Shown here piece by piece: positions 9,201 through 16,409 of a stretch of 20,000 nt of DNA; within the stretch, counting starts at the first letter, position 1, and each line of letters opens with the position of its first letter. The position numbers were made by a program, and so were the translations under genes. The notes beneath the pieces were generated by a model. The model did no database searches and was not told where the DNA came from. It saw only the letters and a list, made by a program, of their open reading frames with translations. This DNA is from an uncultured virus (IMG/VR IMGVR_UViG_3300034103_001223) (Duplodnaviria; Heunggongvirae; Uroviricota; Caudoviricetes): the IMG/VR virus record IMGVR_UViG_3300034103_001223; one strand, written 5' to 3'.

Positions 9201-12200
9201 GGAAGGTTGAAAACTTGGAACGCTAAATCGTTTCTACCTTCGGACACCACGCCGCCTCCGAGCTGGGACTGCCACAGCTTTGCATTTTCAACGTCCTGCT
9301 GGGTAACTCCCAGCAAGCCATCATTCGCAAGCCGTTGGTAAGTGGATGTGGCACCCATCCAGTCTTTCAAGCCAACCCTAGTCGCTAATTCTTGCAGCTT
9401 TTGCTTTGCTGACTGGTTCAACGGGGCCGTCTTTCCTTCGGTGTAGTTCGTGGAATTCGTGCCGTGGTATAGCTTGCGGCCATACCCCGCCCCCCTCGCA
9501 GCTTCATCCACCAAGGCTTGCACCTCCTGCATGTCGCCGCGCTGGACCGCTGCGAGGTATTGCTGGTCGAGTTGGTTCTGGAGGGGGCCAGTGGAGAACA
9601 TCGCCTGACCACCCATCACGGAATCCTTGATGGCGGGGGTGAGGGGGAGGGCGTTGATGGTCGCCGCCTCCTTTTGAGCTTTTTGAAACGCTGCAAAATC
9701 GGCATATTGAGTTGGCTTTCCACCGCTTTGATTGATGGCTGCCACCCCCACCTTCCCGCCAGCATTCCTCACCGCAGGCAGCTTCCCGACCACATTGCGG
9801 AAGTCCACGTCGTAGAGCTTCTTCAAGCCTTCGCCGCCGACTTTCAAGCCTTCGCCAGCAATCTCCTCGGACGTGCCGGGCTGAAGTGCGGCAGCCTTGG
9901 ATGCGAATTCCTTGCCAATGTAGGACTCAAGGCCATCCTCATTTAGAAGGTGTTTCTGACCAAGGAACGATCCATCCTTATTCCACGCTTCATAGCCCAA
10001 CCCGCCAGAAGCGTCCTTTTTAATCAGCAATTTAGAGAGCTGCTTTTCGAGCGAGTATCTTTCCGCCTGCTGCGCTCCAGTCGTCCAGCCAACCACATCA
10101 AAGCCATTCTCAGCGGCGTGCCTCAAGGCCCACTTGAAGGCAATCTCCCGCCAGTTCTTCTGGAAGAGCGCAGGCATCTTCTCGAAGTTATCCTTCTGTG
10201 GTGCTTGGACCTCCTCCAGAAACAACATCCGCTGGCCATCCTGCGTGGTGCGTTCGTTGAAGCGTAGCCGCACGATGGGGTTTGCGATGGAGCTATATTC
10301 GGGGTGGCCGTCGGACCAGTTCAAACCTTGCAAAGCAAGCCTTGCAGAGCGGTAGTCATCAATCGCTCTTTGAGATTCATTAGGAATATCAAAGTTGATT
10401 GCGTAGTCCTTGTCGTTCTTGACTGCCTCCCACGCTTCCTGCGCATTGTTAAACCCGAGGTAGTCGAGGTCGCGCAATGCGGATTTCATCCTCTCCCATT
10501 GCGGTGTAGTGTCTGGAATTTGCCGCTTTGGAACTGTCAACAGCACTTCCCTGTAGGAGCCTTCCTTCGCGCCGGGGAGCTGCCACCTTGAAAAGTAGGT
10601 TTTCGGCTCTGCGTAGGCGTCGTATTTCTTGCGGTATTCGATTGGGAGCTTGTTGTAGAACTCCTCTGACAAGTCGAATCCAGAACGCTGCACGTCTGGG
10701 TTCTTGAGAAATACCTGCTCCTGCTCTTTCAGCCAAATCGGATAGCCGGACGCCTTCCCCCCCAACGTCACATCCTTCACCTCCACCTGATTCGCCTGCA
10801 AATAGTCCAGCACCTCCTGCTTGGAATACATCTTTCCGTCTTCCAAATCGTTCACCCCGGTAAGGCCAATCTCCCCTTGAGCGATACCTTCACTCCACGA
10901 TTTCCCAAGCGTCGGGGTAGGCTTGCCCTTCGACCACTTGTTGATGACGCCCTTCCACTTCTGCCCGTTGGCATTCTGCATGGGCGTCTCCTCGACAGCC
11001 CGAACCAGCCGGGAGTAGAACGCCTTCACCATCTGCCTGATGCCCCCCTCCGCATACACCTCTCCACCACTCCTCAAAGACCGCTTCCCAGCAGCCGCCG
11101 CTTTCAGCGCCTTCGCCAGCACATCCTGCGCATCCCGCTCCGTGAACACCTTCCCGGTGAACTTCCCGTAGAGCCTCTGAATAGCACCAATCACCGCATC
11201 CCACAGTCGGGCGAGAATCCCCCGCTGTTCCTGCGTCAACTGCTGCTTCTCCAGAATATCCGCCACCGCCTCCATGCGAAGCTGCTCCTCGGAGATGTTC
11301 CCGTAAGCTGCCTTCGCTGAAGCAAGCTGCTCTGGGGTGAGCGAGGCGACCAGTCTGGAAAGCTCTTTCTGAACAGCCTTGTCGTTCTGGATGGCGTGGA
11401 AGGCTTCCTCCACGAACACCGCCCGAGCTTCTTGAGGAGAGCGCAGGTAAGCGGCGTTCAACCAGATGGTCCCGGTAGCGGGGTCATACCAGCCGCGCAC
11501 CTCGCGGCCATTGAAGACCTTCCCGTAGTTGTGCGTGACCTGAAAGTTCGGCGGGGTGGCGCTGTCAAAGAACAGCTCTCGCACCGCTTGCTCCACCTGC
11601 ATCTTGGAGAGCGACTGGGCGGGGCGGGCGGAGGGGGTGGACCCGAGGGAGAGTTGCTGGTCGCGCTCACGAATCAGATGCTCGGCGTAATCCAGGCCAG
11701 CCTTCGTGAGAGTTTTCTCCAAAAGGTATCCACCTCTGTCGCTGGACAAAGCTCGCTGTCCCTCTTCGACTTCCACCTTACCCCCTTCTTGGATTACAAG
11801 CTGGCGGATGATGTCACGTCGGGATAGCTCCTTGCCAAGGTAGCGAAATTTTGCGGTGAGCTGTTTGACCACTGCCCCGCGCTTCATCGGAGTCATTCCA
11901 TCCGTGAAGGTTCCAAGGTCTTCACGTTCAGCTTTTGCCTTAGCCTCTGCGCTCTTCTCGGCTTCCATCTTGCGAAGCGATTCCGCCCGCTGCTCCCGCC
12001 GTGCAGCCTCTCGCGTGCTTTCGGCAACCGCCTCTTGCTCTGTGTCGTAGATAGAGTCTCCAAAGCCTCGCTTTTCACCCTGCTGAACCAGCCACTTCAT
12101 CTCACCTCTCCGGTCCATCTGGTAAATTGAGCCGACGCCTTCCTTGGGGATGGCTACCCGAGCCTGCTGCGCTTCCGCTTCACCTTGTCCGGCAGCTTGC

Positions 12201-15200
12201 GATACTTCACCGGGCTTTCCTTCTGCCATTTGTGCAGGAGTTCCGGGTGGTTGATTGCGAAGAACTTCCACTGGCGCTTGCTCTTGAGGGGCATAGGGAG
12301 GTTGGGGGGAGGGTTTAGCTGGCTGCTTGCCTTTGAAAACGTAGAGGTCGCCTTCACGGACGTAGCCGGGAGGGAGTTTTCGCTTCAGCTTATATTCCTC
12401 GACTGCGATGGCGTTAAGGCTGGACCTCTCTCTTGCCGCGTTCAGAATAGTTGCTGCGTGCTCTCGCTTGGCCTGCGCTTCAGACTTGTTTCTGACAGTG
12501 CCCATCGTTGTCTTACCAATTCCCCAACCTCCAAGCGGGGTTCTTTCGCTTAGATAACGATTTGGAGACAATCTCCATGATGGCTTGCCCGAAGGATTCC
12601 AAGAGCTTGGTTCGCTATCCACATCTGGACCCAGCTCCAAATTATCGCCGCTCTCAACCCACCTGCCAGTCATCCCTAACTGACTCCCGTTATACCCAAA
12701 CAATGCGCTAGTGACGCGGGAATTGACTGGCTGATTATTCTCAACAGCAGACTTGATGGCAGCCTTTGCGGCCTCTGTGGCAGTCTTGTTATCAAGACCG
12801 CTTGCACGCCAGTCATCCAGCGACATCAGCTCAGGAGGTTTCACCGCAGCCGGAGCAGCCTCCCCCTTCTGCTTCAGCTCGGGATAGTCAGCGAGGACGG
12901 TGGGAGGGACGGGCTTGCCTTTCTTAATCGCATCAGTCAGTTCACGACGATGAAGGTCGTCCGCTTCTTCCTGTGTGTATGACTCATGTCTCGGCTCTCT
13001 GAGGCGAATCTCAGCATCATCTTTTTGGGTCTGCTTGCGGTATTCCTGCCGTGTCATTTGCCACGGTTCCTTCACCGTTTCCGCCAGCTTCGATTTGATG
13101 ACGGAATCCGTGTAAGCCTTCCACTCAGCGGAAGTGTATTCCGCCTTCGTCTTGAGCGAACCATCCGGTCGTCGTGCGTAAGCAACACCCTCCCCCTCCA
13201 ACTCCCTAGCAGCCCTCTCCGCGTAACCCCCACGGATGTCCTCCACAGCCGCCGCCAAGTCGGGGTCCACGGGCGACACCCTGCCGCGCTCGATGCCAAG
13301 CTCTCCCACGGGACGCGCTGGCATGGTCGCTTCAGGGCGGGTGGTGAGGCGCGTGTCGTAGGGTTGACCTTCGAGGGGTTCCGGGAGGGAGGGAGCTTCT
13401 GGAAGAGCAGTCGTCCGCTTCGGCGCTGCCCGCTCAAGGAATCGGTTTGGGTCGTAGATGGTATATTCACCTGTGTCCGGGCTGAATGTTCCAACATACC
13501 CTCGACGCTGTAATTCTGCGTCAATGTTTTTGACCTGCCTGAGAGCGGGTTCAGTGCGGTCCAATTCACGCAGGTTCGCAATGAGCTTGGCCGGGACATC
13601 TATAGAAACCACTCCCTTCGCGCCGTATGCCCCCACGGCTGCCGCCTCATCCGCTAAGAAGTATGTGGCCTTACCTCCAAGTCCAGTGGGTGTTTGCTTG
13701 GCGGGATCAAACCGATCAAATGCCGCACCTTTACCATGATATAAACGGACTGACTCAGCCTCCGTGGCAAGGCGGGGCGCTGCGGCCTGCGCTGCCGGGG
13801 TGATGGCTGTGCGGCGGGGCTTGGGGGTGACAGTCGGAGGAGCACCAAGCAAGTCCAGTTCTCCAGCCAGCTTCCGAGCGGTGGTCACATCGCCAGCAGC
13901 TCTTGCCGCATTGATGCGCTGTTGAAGCTGTTCGGTAGCATCCAGCGGAACGGTGCGCTTGGAATCCACCTTGGCCGGTGGCTCTGGCAGCGCGACCTTT
14001 GGAGATGGAGGGGGAAGCGGAAACTCGAAGGGCTTGCCCCGAGCAGCTTCCGACATGGCCTTCGCCTGCTGGACGTTCTCAAGAAAGCCGAACTCCTTGA
14101 ACCCACTGACAGCGGTGGTCCCGTCATCGAACTTGACCGTGACAGTCGCGTTGGGGTTCCCGTCCACCTTCGGACCAGTCATCGCCGTGACAGTGCCGAC
14201 CTTGCCGAAACCGCCGCCAGCTTGGGACAACTTCACCACCTTGTTGCCAATGCCGAACGAGTCCGGCGATTGGGCGAGGATGTTCGGAGACGATGGTGAG
14301 GTGCTCCACGTTGAGAGTGGTTGGTTCAGCATCAACCCGCTCACCTTTGGCATCGGGGGCGGCTCAATAGGAACGCTCACCCGCTGGCTTGCTTGAGGAG
14401 GGGCTACCTGCGGGGCCGGGATAGGGGCAGGTGCGACGGGAGCTGCTGGAGGGGTGGCAGGAGCGGCGGTGGTAGGAGTTGCTGCTGGTTGCCCACGTCC
14501 TGAGACTAGCTGCGCACTGCCGCCCATCGCCGCGCCAGCGACAAAGCCCTGAGCGGCTGCCTCGGCAAGACCCTGATCCCACGGCTTTCCAAGAGCGAGG
14601 TTGCTGAACATCTGCTCCTGCATGGACTGCGGAAGCTCCTCCAAAGCACCTTCTTGTAAGGCACCAGCAATGATGGCCTTGAACTTCGGGAGAGCGGTCT
14701 TCTGTGCTGCTTGGGTGCCACCTCTGGCGAGTGCCGTCTGGATGTCTTCCAATCCGAGCTTCTGGGCAGCCTTGCCGCCGAGGATACCGAAAGCAGCGGT
14801 TCCGGCACCGCTTGCAGCAGCGTATCCAGCCTGTTCCCAAGTGAGGAATCCATCGGGAGATTGTTGCCGAATGTTCTCCGCAGCGGACCCTGCTCCAACA
14901 AGCCCTTCACCAACAGCGCCAGCCACAACCGGAGCCGACGCACCGGCTGCCCACGTTGCGAACTTGGGGCCAATCTTAGCAATCCCCTTCAAAGCCGCCT
15001 GAGAAAGTGCGCCACCACCAAACATCAATGGAAGCGACTCGATGATGGATTCAGCAGCAACCGTCGGGTTCTCCACCAAGGCTTGCACCGTCGGGATGAA
15101 TCCCTTGGCCTGCGCCACCCGACCCTGCGCCATCTGCTGTTCCCCTGTCTGGTAGGAGGAGAGGATGTCCTTCGCCTCACGAAACTTGAAGCCAGCATCT

Positions 15201-15493
15201 TCGACAGCTTTACCAGCGCGACCCTTGGTAACTATGTCCGCTAAACCGACCGCCGCTTCGGGGACGCTGATAATGCCTTTAGCAAATGCGATAGCCGGAT
15301 CGGCCACCACTCGGCGCAAGGGAGAGCTGTCGTCTATGATGTCCTGCTCGACCCTTGCGGATTCGCGCTCGGCATTGAGCTTGATCCACTGGCTATCCCG
15401 CTCAGTCATGGGCTGAAGCGAATCCAGCGGCGGTGGAGTAAATGCTTCCGGCTCCAGTGAGTCAACTGGAGGGGGTGTGAATTCAAAGGCCAT
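3239..15493 (-). CDS. Giant phage polyvalent / internal virion (ejection) protein, 4084 aa, with two ART-like domains and a degenerate zincin-like domain
   Basis: Uninterrupted 12.3-kb ORF. Contains a Gly/Ala-rich hydrophobic N-terminal region, ART-PolyVal-like motifs (LYHGT...PFYAKLGNP...IVYRNEVE...PSQLKSADPITYDNDGQPIPLSQRF...DIRYS), a second ART-like module (LYHG...F..FD...TYF...GY.G...EY.IYDP), a GWYDP...IWLNA...EEAFH module, and a long helical C-terminal half. Confidence 0.9.
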   Translation of the reverse strand: MAFEFTPPPVDSLEPEAFTPPPLDSLQPMTERDSQWIKLNAERESARVEQDIIDDSSPLRRVVADPAIAFAKGIISVPEAAVGLADIVTKGRAGKAVEDAGFKFREAKDILSSYQTGEQQMAQGRVAQAKGFIPTVQALVENPTVAAESIIESLPLMFGGGALSQAALKGIAKIGPKFATWAAGASAPVVAGAVGEGLVGAGSAAENIRQQSPDGFLTWEQAGYAAASGAGTAAFGILGGKAAQKLGLEDIQTALARGGTQAAQKTALPKFKAIIAGALQEGALEELPQSMQEQMFSNLALGKPWDQGLAEAAAQGFVAGAAMGGSAQLVSGRGQPAATPTTAAPATPPAAPVAPAPIPAPQVAPPQASQRVSVPIEPPPMPKVSGLMLNQPLSTWSTSPSSPNILAQSPDSFGIGNKVVKLSQAGGGFGKVGTVTAMTGPKVDGNPNATVTVKFDDGTTAVSGFKEFGFLENVQQAKAMSEAARGKPFEFPLPPPSPKVALPEPPAKVDSKRTVPLDATEQLQQRINAARAAGDVTTARKLAGELDLLGAPPTVTPKPRRTAITPAAQAAAPRLATEAESVRLYHGKGAAFDRFDPAKQTPTGLGGKATYFLADEAAAVGAYGAKGVVSIDVPAKLIANLRELDRTEPALRQVKNIDAELQRRGYVGTFSPDTGEYTIYDPNRFLERAAPKRTTALPEAPSLPEPLEGQPYDTRLTTRPEATMPARPVGELGIERGRVSPVDPDLAAAVEDIRGGYAERAARELEGEGVAYARRPDGSLKTKAEYTSAEWKAYTDSVIKSKLAETVKEPWQMTRQEYRKQTQKDDAEIRLREPRHESYTQEEADDLHRRELTDAIKKGKPVPPTVLADYPELKQKGEAAPAAVKPPELMSLDDWRASGLDNKTATEAAKAAIKSAVENNQPVNSRVTSALFGYNGSQLGMTGRWVESGDNLELGPDVDSEPSSWNPSGKPSWRLSPNRYLSERTPLGGWGIGKTTMGTVRNKSEAQAKREHAATILNAARERSSLNAIAVEEYKLKRKLPPGYVREGDLYVFKGKQPAKPSPQPPYAPQEQAPVEVLRNQPPGTPAQMAEGKPGEVSQAAGQGEAEAQQARVAIPKEGVGSIYQMDRRGEMKWLVQQGEKRGFGDSIYDTEQEAVAESTREAARREQRAESLRKMEAEKSAEAKAKAEREDLGTFTDGMTPMKRGAVVKQLTAKFRYLGKELSRRDIIRQLVIQEGGKVEVEEGQRALSSDRGGYLLEKTLTKAGLDYAEHLIRERDQQLSLGSTPSARPAQSLSKMQVEQAVRELFFDSATPPNFQVTHNYGKVFNGREVRGWYDPATGTIWLNAAYLRSPQEARAVFVEEAFHAIQNDKAVQKELSRLVASLTPEQLASAKAAYGNISEEQLRMEAVADILEKQQLTQEQRGILARLWDAVIGAIQRLYGKFTGKVFTERDAQDVLAKALKAAAAGKRSLRSGGEVYAEGGIRQMVKAFYSRLVRAVEETPMQNANGQKWKGVINKWSKGKPTPTLGKSWSEGIAQGEIGLTGVNDLEDGKMYSKQEVLDYLQANQVEVKDVTLGGKASGYPIWLKEQEQVFLKNPDVQRSGFDLSEEFYNKLPIEYRKKYDAYAEPKTYFSRWQLPGAKEGSYREVLLTVPKRQIPDTTPQWERMKSALRDLDYLGFNNAQEAWEAVKNDKDYAINFDIPNESQRAIDDYRSARLALQGLNWSDGHPEYSSIANPIVRLRFNERTTQDGQRMLFLEEVQAPQKDNFEKMPALFQKNWREIAFKWALRHAAENGFDVVGWTTGAQQAERYSLEKQLSKLLIKKDASGGLGYEAWNKDGSFLGQKHLLNEDGLESYIGKEFASKAAALQPGTSEEIAGEGLKVGGEGLKKLYDVDFRNVVGKLPAVRNAGGKVGVAAINQSGGKPTQYADFAAFQKAQKEAATINALPLTPAIKDSVMGGQAMFSTGPLQNQLDQQYLAAVQRGDMQEVQALVDEAARGAGYGRKLYHGTNSTNYTEGKTAPLNQSAKQKLQELATRVGLKDWMGATSTYQRLANDGLLGVTQQDVENAKLWQSQLGGGVVSEGRNDLAFQVFNLPSGELELGVHLGPESAASQFGTVFPFYAKLGNPVRTSDLGTWNYQSVIRELRKAGVPISNAEYDKVFNASDSNAELRSLLLSKGVESIVYRNEVEGERGLDSFIALSPSQLKSADPITYDNDGQPIPLSQRFQQESPDIRYSLGAPVSQSDATEVQGRAIEPSLVAAAGKAVADLGRQQVEEFEQAGRQLEGLAYESKSFRNARSELNNLVSLHEGRLRQLPQDRVTDDMRANIRDGVSIENGQIVVGDELVTKLAQMGVQFRPELVKSLQAEVYFEQQARRLVDNLGKLATLKELRDYYIRIKAPADEILKLDKLIAAKEKVVANLTPVTTDRGRGQQSIGERAEEITRANASRVELQSKRDALTLEPVQEFFGKGITELRDLSEKAKAAADLTRALMDSSTSISEVARLGEIYDKWASFDATVKDALKKGTLTDEQRASVLTSLQKSFDEFDIAKSQMDDLLNSEEKGLLKDIRLAEADIADAKVTSGLADVLVADALKAAKGEMGLTGTVGDAANIANLEASTGAITTLAANLGRTLDQNRWLYDFLMAPGDMPAFGASVAQSLGISEAALREVLKVVQQSPSLASAIVTLTDDAAAKLANSPPLQMQSIAQLATSGNPVGMALAANLTSQIVQQANAQGTKANAARQTAARQLAQSVLRLRTLQQGQALFNQTANSPAFQQLRGAVSLGAGGAQNMVVLGPTGPVLRGFGTPSKEYQAELKVNVDGNALDLQSTRDKVWKYVQNAELYVGDYERAEAAHKLNPANPTPQQLGFDRADYIGLKHALNKQVWPMFLDLGDLDKAVQYLAPAIMRKMMKGNILGNIFGQYEQISKLVGGFAGGILRTQVARYKRGYLDSKKVGAQFQDLAKLQSEAMRSHNIKSEDTYRILLNEMGHYGREYGSRLRVGFLLPTANQVVTKEDMAFFNRTLAFEEKLRREVTEIDPVTGVRYERGGKEITRKGSYTGDKGMPRHLNRSATQFIADVTSAYGKNPQGFTPATDLSASSTDPVVKHWNENVIDLKQHILNSPRTDRTFKQSAEMAAAEKRIAARWLAGNMDQVNSVQDLVDLIAAEIPVTSGKNPLDTAREGLNNELLQYLSHAQRIQKERTEDNAKNSGLSIALSSENEFTKPAAKLELPSRYYDYGPLGSIERTTALSRANHTVLVDFANALRLSIRELENRLNRMGAAGATDADKKLLSENYGGNQQEMQDVLQLLQESLKKFEDSYRKGGPDIIPTKIGRKIVDATLGNILAGVALALRNTSQGQGQVFNVAQQMHYMSLKLALWKALTNIPRGYLNTAYLTARNVSGFIDRRMGRDPQAQKTIQKLVDVLADEALFKPIQFALRKPMVGAQPVRDSIAAVHRMGFDTSQDWTEVSGQSWRETGQFQTRKEQEDAEANALSRAIHFANRVANFALDTNKAFVRGSVLETSDTSMNALSLGLVGNLEQRLQDVAMVFGERLAKAGITRIDPTNKDSMLMPSEWLPTSNEQDGRNSLGEVRRFLENSASAEGFQLEKNLLQYYQDKTAGKPARVFDPRTYEAVQRSMVAENNAALPMNRAASGQAYPIWRTLLALTGYPADATLKLLRITLGGSRDRKAVLQALHKLPMYVGIAAIALITQGAAEAAGELWRRKMQGQRSGRVTPLDSEFWTNPKHMTAAAGRYLAAATYFFGDAISGVTGWLDGRKPLDPSQRAFVFSTASKLLRDLVSGFKIFSDTGDVTKAIVPLRKTLLQMSFGGAELNYLLGMNPGEVNITKNMILENAKVEGIETPPAGVFGPAGYTSVQRRAISDDVSRMAQAQRDGDTEAFSKAKASAQKNIAELEAFYTKQRLEAGDSPEVAAKTAKASVWQDYQEINPVTAALGGRRPSVEQYKQLIGDATTERGQVIRQGIKAWQDGAQALFGKPGNITKEDVAENRPGGTVREPSYGRVSLTGGVSGRMKSVGVSASRGRRRAKIRRISLTGRRRKISPMRSRRKKIRRVRLTA

Positions 15494-16404
15494 TAGTTTG
15501 TGACGGTTTGCCAGCTAGTCCGGTCTGTGGGAGGTCCACCCAAATATCGCTTCCCGCCATACACCCGACCGGGGATGTAGCGAGCTGCCGCTGACGGCAT
15601 TCCCCGTTCATCAAGCGGACCTGGAATCTCCGGCATGACCCGAGGTGCAGCAGTTTGAGCAGGAGGCGGCATAGCCGCAGGAGCACCAATCTTGTAGGAC
15701 TTCCTGCGGGTGATGTCGGTGATAGCTTCTGGCGAGATGGCAAACTTGAACTGCCGCGCCTGCCGTTCAGCAATCGCAAGCTCGCTCTCAATCGGCATGA
15801 GTGCCTCTTTAGCCGCTTTCAGGTTCATCCGCGCCTCGCCCAACTCGCGGTTGTAGTCATCAGCAGTGCGGTATTGGCCATTGCCGATGATTCTCCTCTT
15901 GGCCTCGTCATAGCCGTAGCCAATCCTGCGGGCATTGTTGATGATTGCCGCCTCCGCCGCTGCTGCTTCATCACGCGCCCTTCGCGCCTCTGCCGCTGCT
16001 GGGTTCAGTCGGGTAAGAGCTTCCGCAAGAGTGATTCCCGTGTTCTCAGCCTCGTTAGCCGCCTCCACTTCACCAGCCTTGAACTGCTTCTCCTCGAAAG
16101 CGAACTTCCTATCAACATCCTTGCGCTCAGTGTCGAACTCCAGCTTCGCCATCGCATCAGCACGAGCCTGCCGCTTCGCCTGCTCGCCGAACATGAACGC
16201 TTCCCGCGCAAGCTGATTCGCCTCCTGCTGCTGTGCGCGAGCCAACGCTGCCATATTCTGCGCAGCAGCGTTCTCAAGCTGGTTCGTGCGGAAAGCGTAG
16301 TCCGCTTCCAGCTCGTTGGCGCGGGTGAGCGCCTGCCGGTTTTGCTGCGCGATGTCGTAGCCCATGCGGGCTGCCTGTGCGGGGGTTTCTCCAAAGACGA
16401 ACAT
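15493..16404 (-). CDS. Probable internal virion protein (303 aa, Ala/Glu/Arg-rich coiled coil)
   Basis: TAATG coupling to the giant gene. Helical composition and a C-terminal GRVYGGKRYLGGPPTDRTSW motif of a type seen in podovirus core proteins (recognised from memory). Confidence 0.7.
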   Translation of the reverse strand: MFVFGETPAQAARMGYDIAQQNRQALTRANELEADYAFRTNQLENAAAQNMAALARAQQQEANQLAREAFMFGEQAKRQARADAMAKLEFDTERKDVDRKFAFEEKQFKAGEVEAANEAENTGITLAEALTRLNPAAAEARRARDEAAAAEAAIINNARRIGYGYDEAKRRIIGNGQYRTADDYNRELGEARMNLKAAKEALMPIESELAIAERQARQFKFAISPEAITDITRRKSYKIGAPAAMPPPAQTAAPRVMPEIPGPLDERGMPSAAARYIPGRVYGGKRYLGGPPTDRTSWQTVTN

Positions 16405-16409
16405 AGGCT

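Noticed and set aside
9822..9856. 14-bp direct repeat TTCAAGCCTTCGCC x2
   Set aside because: Explained by the peptide repeat GEGLK-VG-GEGLK. Only two copies with a 7-nt gap, so not CRISPR-like or a mobile-element end.
3239..15493. Tape-measure protein, virion RNA polymerase, or DarB-like methylase/helicase identity
   Set aside because: No tape-measure periodic repeats, no DxDGD polymerase motif, and no NPPY/F or DEAH/Walker A motifs were seen.
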